From positions 416,001 to 480,000 of the forward strand of contig CP045477.1 of NCBI GenBank assembly GCA_009392915.1: a DNA stretch of 64,000 nucleotides, given 5' to 3'. Position numbers and translations under genes: made by a program. The stretch comes from Candidatus Forterrea multitransposorum CG_2015-17_Forterrea_25_41 (GTDB taxonomy: Archaea; Iainarchaeota; Iainarchaeia; Iainarchaeales; CSSED10-239). Shown in pieces: positions 58,416 to 64,000 of this stretch. Below the pieces are notes generated by a model. It made no database searches and was not told the DNA's origin. It was given only the letters and a program-made list of their open reading frames with translations. The first letter of the stretch is position 1. Every line of letters starts with the position of its first letter.

Positions 58416-59180
58416 CTATTTTTTAAAACCAGATATAAAAAATAAAGTTTTCTTTTCAAAAACTTTAAATAACTCAAATCCCTTAAACTCAGGAGAATAT
58501 TTAAGAAGAGAAATATTTTCTTCTAAAAACCATTTTTTAACTTCTTTGATAGTATGGTAAGACTCAAAAGGAACTAAATATCTATCATAAATAGAATTTT
58601 TTGGAGCATTCTTTAATGGTTTTAATAAAAAAGAATGATTAAAATAATAATCTAGTTTTTTAGGATCTTTTGAAAAGAAAGTATGTAGTAAAAACCTAAT
58701 AATTCTATACCTTAATCTTGCAAATTTATGATAAAGTGCAATAGTTATGACACCATTTTTTTTTAAAAGAGAAGTTAGTTTTTTAAAACCTTTAAAAGCA
58801 TCTTCTGTATGATGTAAAACCCCTATTGAAAAAATATAATCAAATGTTCCTAAATCACTTAAATCATCATTTAAAATATCTTTTTGAAAAATTTTAATAT
58901 TTAATTTTTCATCAATTACTCTCTTTCTAAGAACAGACAACTGTCCAGAAGATAGATCAATTGAAGTAACCTTTGCCCCTTTTTTTGCAAGAAAAATAGA
59001 TTTTTCTCCAGTTCCACATCCAGCATCTAGTATTTTTTTACCTCTTAGGTCTTTTAAGTCTGCTTTAGAGTAAGAAATAATACCAGAAATTAGTTTATTA
59101 TGTTTTTTTCTTTGACGATTAGTATAAAGTTTAATTAAAGGATAATTATAGTTATCATAATAATTTTTTACTTCTTTCAT
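58416..59180 (-). CDS. Class I SAM-dependent methyltransferase.
   Basis: Motif I KILDAGCGTGEKSIFLAKKG followed by the post-I acidic residue (VTSIDLS). Confidence 0.7.
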   Translation of the reverse strand: MKEVKNYYDNYNYPLIKLYTNRQRKKHNKLISGIISYSKADLKDLRGKKILDAGCGTGEKSIFLAKKGAKVTSIDLSSGQLSVLRKRVIDEKLNIKIFQKDILNDDLSDLGTFDYIFSIGVLHHTEDAFKGFKKLTSLLKKNGVITIALYHKFARLRYRIIRFLLHTFFSKDPKKLDYYFNHSFLLKPLKNAPKNSIYDRYLVPFESYHTIKEVKKWFLEENISLLKYSPEFKGFELFKVFEKKTLFFISGFKK

Positions 59181-59836
59181 AATTTAATCAAAGACTTTAG
59201 TTTATTTAAAGTTATTTCTTTAGTACTTTTTACAATTAAAGAAGCTTTTAATTTTTTAAAATCAGAAACTGTAGTAAATTCTGATAACACACCTACAGAT
59301 TTTAGACCAGCTCTATGAATAGAAACAATACCTTGAAGAGAATCTTCTATTCCTACACATTCATTAGATGAAAGTTTTAAAAAAGTTAAAGGATTATAAA
59401 AAGCATCTTTGTAAGGTTTATGTCTTTTAATATCTTCAGAAGTTAAAATTAAATCAAAATAATCTAAAAGATTAAATTTATTAAGTAAAAACAAAATATT
59501 TTCTTTTTCATTTGAAGAAGAAATAACAATTTTAATATTATTTTTCTTTAATGTTTTTAAAAGATTAATTATACCTGGGTTAGGTTTTATTTCTTTTAAG
59601 AAAGAATAAAAAATATCATGTTTTTCAGAAATATAATCTGAAAGCTTTATTGAAAGATTATATTTTTTATTTACATATTTTAGAAAATCTTTAGTTGTTG
59701 TTGCAAGATTTTCTTTTTGTTCTTTTTTTGTAAATTTTATATTATATTTTTTAAAAAAAAGTTCTCTAGTCTTAAGATAATATTTAGCAGAGTTAAATAA
59801 TACTCCATCAAAATCAAAAATAACAGCTTTTAACAT
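59177..59836 (-). CDS. HAD-superfamily hydrolase (beta-phosphoglucomutase-like subfamily).
   Basis: N-terminal VIFDFDGVLFNS (DxD motif I) and downstream S/T and K/D motifs. Confidence 0.7.
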   Translation of the reverse strand: MLKAVIFDFDGVLFNSAKYYLKTRELFFKKYNIKFTKKEQKENLATTTKDFLKYVNKKYNLSIKLSDYISEKHDIFYSFLKEIKPNPGIINLLKTLKKNNIKIVISSSNEKENILFLLNKFNLLDYFDLILTSEDIKRHKPYKDAFYNPLTFLKLSSNECVGIEDSLQGIVSIHRAGLKSVGVLSEFTTVSDFKKLKASLIVKSTKEITLNKLKSLIKL

Positions 59837-59908
59837 AAATTTACACCTATAAAAAAAATGATTAATAATAAAAAAAAAGAAAAAAGAAAAAATGATTTTA
59901 AAAAAAAA

Positions 59909-60370
59909 TTATCTATCTTTCCATGCAACAAGACCTATTATTACTAAATATGCAATTCCAACAAAAATATTTACTATTGGAATAATAGCTAAAATAGGTA
60001 CTAAAGCAAGCCATCCAGGATACTTTCTTTTCTCAAAGATTCTCCACATGGATATTAAAGCTAGAACCATTACAGCAGCCCATCCTAAAACAGGAACTAA
60101 TAGTAAGAATATTAATGCCCAATGGAATCCACCAAGCTCTAAGATCATTGCATAATTTGCAATTGGGATCCATGCAAGCCAAGCTTTTTTATATTTTAAT
60201 TTTTTTCCAATAGTTTGGAATGCAAGTGCTGTATAAATATATAAAGCAACACCAACTATACCAGCTAATAAAGCCATACCAGCAATTAAAGCAATTATAC
60301 CACCTAATGCTTCAGGACTAGCTGTCATATTAGTGCTATCAACTGCAGCAAATAACATATTTGAAAACAT
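59909..60370 (-). CDS. Small polytopic membrane protein (A/G/L-rich, higher GC), hypothetical.
   Basis: Four hydrophobic helices. Composition distinct from its AT-rich surroundings. Confidence 0.45.
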   Translation of the reverse strand: MFSNMLFAAVDSTNMTASPEALGGIIALIAGMALLAGIVGVALYIYTALAFQTIGKKLKYKKAWLAWIPIANYAMILELGGFHWALIFLLLVPVLGWAAVMVLALISMWRIFEKRKYPGWLALVPILAIIPIVNIFVGIAYLVIIGLVAWKDR

Positions 60371-60475
60371 TTATTACGCCTCCGTTTTTAATTGTAATTT
60401 ATAACATATATAACATATAAAAGATTTATAAAGGTATTATTTTTAAAAATACCCTTAAATTTCTTTTAAAAACCC

Positions 60476-60946
60476 TTAAATTTCATCTACAGAATAAACA
60501 AAATCTAAATCTATTTTATCATATGAGAATAATTCTTCATCTTTAAAAAATCTTGCAATTTCAATATCTGAAGAAACTTGTGAATCTGAAGCATGTACAA
60601 CATTACATTGCCCACTTAAAGAATAATCTCCTCTAATAGTTCCAGCTTCTGCTTCATAACCTTTTGTAACACCTACAAGATTTCTTACAACAGTAATAGC
60701 ATTTACACCTTCAATTACAAGTAAAACAGAAGGAGCACTTTGCATAAATCTTTTTAAATGAGGGAAAAAAGGCTTATCTTTTAAATGAAAATAATGTTCA
60801 CCTATTAAGTCATCATTTAAGTGCATCATTTTAAGTCCTACAAGTTTTAGTCCTTTTCTTTCAAATCTATGTAGGATTTCTCCAACAAGACCTCTATTTA
60901 ATGAATCTGGTTTAAAAATAACTAATGTTCGTTCCATATTTGACAC
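60476..60946 (-). CDS. ndk: Nucleoside diphosphate kinase.
   Basis: ERTLVIFKPDSLNRGLVGEI...NVVHASDS (active-site His region), 156 aa. Confidence 0.85.
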   Translation of the reverse strand: MSNMERTLVIFKPDSLNRGLVGEILHRFERKGLKLVGLKMMHLNDDLIGEHYFHLKDKPFFPHLKRFMQSAPSVLLVIEGVNAITVVRNLVGVTKGYEAEAGTIRGDYSLSGQCNVVHASDSQVSSDIEIARFFKDEELFSYDKIDLDFVYSVDEI

Positions 60947-60954
60947 CTCTAAAT

Positions 60955-62145
60955 TTATTTTCTTTCTAAAATGTATATGTATCTATTGATTTTTGAATCG
61001 TTTGCAGCTGCATAAAAAATAGGATTTTCAATTGAAATTTGGTTTGTAATTTTTGATGTATCTAAATAATCAAAACCATTATTTAAAAATACAGAATCAG
61101 AGACTTTTAATAATTGATTATCATATGTCTTAAGTTCTGGTAAGATACAAACAATTCTTGTTTTTGGTTTTAAATTACTATAAAGATTTCTAAATAAATC
61201 AGAATAAAGTTTATTTAAAGAATCAACTATACTTTTAGCTCTTAAAAAATTTGGTAATTTAGAGATAAAAGGACCCATGTATGGTTCAAAAACAACTCCG
61301 TCTACAGAAAAATTAAGTTTAGATGAATCACCATGAAGTACAGTAAAATCATTTGTATATTTAAAATAAGAAACAGCCCAGGCTAAATTTTTCTTAGAGC
61401 TTATAACTTTTTCTCTTTCTTTGTCAATTCCTAAAACATTATATCCTTTAGATAAACCTTCTATTAAAAAATTTCCAAAACCACAAAAAGGGTCTAAAAT
61501 TCTTTTTCCTTTTTTAAGACCTAAAATATTTATCATTATTTTAATAAGTCTAAAAGAAGTTGAATATAATTTTTCTTGTTCAGGTCTTAAAGTATCTTTT
61601 TTAATTATATCTTTAGGAGAATAACAAACAACTGCATATCCTAAATAATATTTATTATCAACTTTTGTAAAAAAGATTTCAAAACCTTTATCTAAAGAAT
61701 AAGAAAAATAATTATTAGGATTAATAATTGTGTTTTCTTTTTTATCTTTAAACTTTTTTGCTTTTTTTAAAACACCTTTAACTTTCTCTAGTTTAAATTG
61801 TTCTTTAAAAGATTGTTTTAAAAAATCAAGATCATCTTGAGAAATAAATTTATGTGAGATTCCATAATTAAATTTATTTGAATAATCTTTATCAAAAAAA
61901 TTTAAAAAATCACTAGATAGTTTATTAGAACTATAAAAGACTTTATAGATCCTTGTAGTTCCACCTAAATCATCTATGATTTTTGAAAAATCTACTTTTT
62001 GTTTAAAATCAAAAATAGCATAAGTATCTGTACTTGTAATATAAGAAAAGGAAATATTATTTAGTTTAAAATAAGAAAATACCTCAAGTATTGATAATTT
62101 ATAATCCCTTCCAAATAAAAATAAGTACATATATTTCAAACACAA
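60955..62145 (-). CDS. Putative RNA (guanine-N2) methyltransferase, Trm11/THUMP-family-like.
   Basis: Motif I ILDPFCGFGNFLIEG (DPFCGSG-type) and a motif IV-like FEPYMG. The N-terminal half could be a THUMP-like domain. Confidence 0.4.
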   Translation of the reverse strand: MCLKYMYLFLFGRDYKLSILEVFSYFKLNNISFSYITSTDTYAIFDFKQKVDFSKIIDDLGGTTRIYKVFYSSNKLSSDFLNFFDKDYSNKFNYGISHKFISQDDLDFLKQSFKEQFKLEKVKGVLKKAKKFKDKKENTIINPNNYFSYSLDKGFEIFFTKVDNKYYLGYAVVCYSPKDIIKKDTLRPEQEKLYSTSFRLIKIMINILGLKKGKRILDPFCGFGNFLIEGLSKGYNVLGIDKEREKVISSKKNLAWAVSYFKYTNDFTVLHGDSSKLNFSVDGVVFEPYMGPFISKLPNFLRAKSIVDSLNKLYSDLFRNLYSNLKPKTRIVCILPELKTYDNQLLKVSDSVFLNNGFDYLDTSKITNQISIENPIFYAAANDSKINRYIYILERK

Positions 62146-62190
62146 TTGTTTTTATTTTTTTTAAAAAAATGAAAAAATAAAAGAAGAAAA

Positions 62191-62919
62191 TTACTTCTTC
62201 TTTTTATCATCTTTTTTAGCAGCAGGAGCAGCTTTACCAGCTGGAGCTTTTGAATCTTTACCAGCAACAACTTTACCTTTTGCAGCTTTAAGTTCTTGAG
62301 CTTTTGCTTCTTCTGCTTTCTTTTCTTCTTCTGCCATAGCAGCAAGTTTTCTTCTCTTCTTTGTAGTTCCAACAGATTTTAAGTTGTCTTTATTTTCTTC
62401 AATTACAACTTTCATTCTACAAGGAAGTTTAGAATCAAGTCTTTCAAAGACTTTTTTTACAAATTCAACATTTGCTTCATCAACTAAAACACTAAATAAT
62501 TTTTGATTAGATTTAACTCTTGCAGCAACACCAACAACTTTTCCAAAAGGGCATTGACTCATACCTTGTTGAATTCTGTCGGCTTTAGCACCTTGAGCTT
62601 GTTTATTTTCTCTTAAGAAAAATTGAGGATATACTCTTAATTTCATATAGAAATTTTGAGCAGTTAATTTTTTATTTAAGTTTCTTACAACAGTTGTTCT
62701 TACAGATTCTAAAGCTGAATCTCTAATTTGTATTTTTTCAGAAGTTACATAATGAACTACATGAGAATATTGTTTTTCTCCAAAACCCATATGGTATTGT
62801 CTAACTTTAATACCTGGAGTTCCGCCTACATAGTTCTTTCTATGCACTCTTTTTGCAACTCTTGTATATGCTCTTTTATTTACTTTTGGATTATAACAAT
62901 GTCCTGGTCTAACACCCAT
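62191..62919 (-). CDS. rpl10e: Ribosomal protein uL16 (L10e) with a ~60-aa K/A/E-rich C-terminal extension.
   Basis: MGVRPGHCYNPKVNKRAYTR...GTPGIKVRQYHMG...LRVYPQFFLRENKQAQGAKADRIQQGM...FGKVVGVAARV aligns with the archaeal/eukaryal L10e. The tail ...KKRRKLAAMAEEEKKAEEAKAQELKAAKGKVVAGKDSKAPAGKAAPAAKKDDKKKK is additional. Confidence 0.8.
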   Translation of the reverse strand: MGVRPGHCYNPKVNKRAYTRVAKRVHRKNYVGGTPGIKVRQYHMGFGEKQYSHVVHYVTSEKIQIRDSALESVRTTVVRNLNKKLTAQNFYMKLRVYPQFFLRENKQAQGAKADRIQQGMSQCPFGKVVGVAARVKSNQKLFSVLVDEANVEFVKKVFERLDSKLPCRMKVVIEENKDNLKSVGTTKKRRKLAAMAEEEKKAEEAKAQELKAAKGKVVAGKDSKAPAGKAAPAAKKDDKKKK

Positions 62920-62925
62920 AAATAC

Positions 62926-62930
62926 TCACC
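62926..62930 (-). promoter_or_regulatory. Shine-Dalgarno GGTGA, 6 nt upstream of the uL16 ATG.
   Basis: Reverse strand reads GGTGAGTATTTATG. The same GGTGA / GAGGTGG motif is seen upstream of the prx, ftsZ and thrS starts. Confidence 0.5.
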
Positions 62931-63290
62931 TATAATTTTAAATTTTTTTATAAATTAACTCCTTTATTTTAAAGTTTTACTTAGTAACAAAGAAATTGTC
63001 TAATATAATATATATATAGAAAAGTATATAAAGTAATATTTTAGAAGTAAAAATAAGATTAAAACTTAATTAAATTGAAAGTAAGAACAGGGATCTGTTA
63101 TATAGGATAACAGTGTGCTCTTACCTTCTTCTTTCTGCCTTTTTTTTCTATTTGTGAAATTAGGTAATAGATTACCGTAAATATTATTGATAAAACTCTT
63201 TTTATAGGTATGGGGGTTGTAAAAAAAAACTAAAATAAGAAAAAAGTTTAGAAAACTAAACTCTTTTATGTTGAAGATAAATTAATAAAA

Positions 63291-64000
63291 TCATCCATAA
63301 GTAGTTGCTTTAATACTTTTAACTACACCACTTACAAGAACCCAGCCACCCCATTGACCAGTATTTCTGGATGAATTGGTTACAGATAAAGTCCAACCAG
63401 GTTCACTGTCACCAACTTCCCAATATTTACATTTTTTAGAAGAACCAAAAGCTTCTACTTTAATATTATAATTACCAGCAGGAACTTTCCAAGATCCATC
63501 TTTATCAGTTGCAAGTTGTGAACCACCATATTTAAGATATAAACCATCATTTCCATAATCATTAGTTATTGAACAAACATATGAAGCACTTGTTGAAGAA
63601 TAATTAAAAGTGAGACCTGCTTGAGAAGTATCATTTTCAGAAGCTAAACTAACTACTCCTTCTAAAACTAAATTACCTTGTGTACTTAAACCCTGGTAAA
63701 AGAAACCTGCAGAAGACCAAAATTCATTTAATTTAACACCACCACCTGAGAACGCAGGCTGAGCTACAACTGTACCACCTGATTGCGACCAACCAGACAA
63801 ACTAGTAATACTAGTTTGATTTAATAAAACTACAGCAGGAGCTGATAGAACAAGATTAATACTTGAACTTGTTGCTGTTCTTGAAGCACCATCTGTTACA
63901 GTTACTCTAATATATTTTGTACCAGTAGTTGAAAATGAATAAGTTGGATTTGAAACTGAAGTTCCAAAAACAATCCAAGTACTTTGATTTGTACTATATT
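63291..64000 (-). CDS. C-terminal ~236 aa of a larger G/S/T-rich secreted surface protein (5' part beyond the window end), beta-rich, with a local GC rise.
   Basis: The reading frame stays open upstream of the TTG chosen by the ORF track, through 63801-63833 at least. Composition is SGGTVVAQPAFSGGG...GSWKVPAGNYNIKVEAFG. Confidence 0.45.
   Translation of the reverse strand, partial: YSTNQSTWIVFGTSVSNPTYSFSTTGTKYIRVTVTDGASRTATSSSINLVLSAPAVVLLNQTSITSLSGWSQSGGTVVAQPAFSGGGVKLNEFWSSAGFFYQGLSTQGNLVLEGVVSLASENDTSQAGLTFNYSSTSASYVCSITNDYGNDGLYLKYGGSQLATDKDGSWKVPAGNYNIKVEAFGSSKKCKYWEVGDSEPGWTLSVTNSSRNTGQWGGWVLVSGVVKSIKATTYG

Noticed and set aside
59892-60155. ORF 59892-60155 (+) overlapping the minus-strand membrane protein 59909-60370.
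   Set aside because: The minus-strand frame encodes a coherent four-helix membrane protein. The plus frame is its shadow.
62136-62958. ORFs 62136-62372 (-) and 62728-62958 (+) overlapping uL16.
   Set aside because: Alternative frames of the rpl10e gene (repeat-like K/L translation from the AK-rich tail). Not independent genes.
1-64000. CRISPR arrays, rRNA genes, recognisable transposases/integrases.
   Set aside because: No spaced direct repeats and no rRNA-like GC islands. No IS-like or recombinase ORFs were found.

Overview
Low-GC archaeal sequence, most likely a DPANN-type archaeon. Archaeal markers: uL16/L10e, Dph2, a GGTGA Shine-Dalgarno upstream of several genes, tRNA-Tyr with a C1:G72 pair, and an SRP RNA. 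About 70 compact genes, mostly on the minus strand. Housekeeping genes include a ValRS-like class I aaRS, thrS, ftsZ, ndk, dph2, mnmA, prs-like, uL16, uvrA, uvrC, SOD, peroxiredoxin, three ABC transporters and four intron-less tRNAs (Tyr, Leu, Ser, Asp).

The first ~10.7 kb is a co-directional accessory/defense island. It holds a type I R-M operon whose hsdM and hsdS are separated by three translationally coupled non-R-M genes: two small membrane proteins and a PIN-like nuclease. The operon is followed by an OLD/AAA_15-like ATPase that is truncated by the window edge. Upstream lie an EVE-like and an ASCH PUA-like reader, an EEP-family nuclease, a HExxH protein, a membrane transglutaminase-like protein, and an AlbA_2/Schlafen-like regulator carrying an in-frame 12-bp tandem repeat.

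Other notable items: a UPF0175/DUF3368 TA-like pair in inverted order; a DUF134/NifX-like/DUF5320 triad; a Tad/archaeal type IV pilus-like module whose FlaI/CpaF-family ATPase has an N-terminal 2[4Fe-4S] ferredoxin-like domain; a stand-alone EncFtn-like ferritin; uL16 with a histone-H1-like K/A-rich tail; and a small HTH gene interrupted at an A5 run. All calls rest on motif recognition by eye. No database searches were run.
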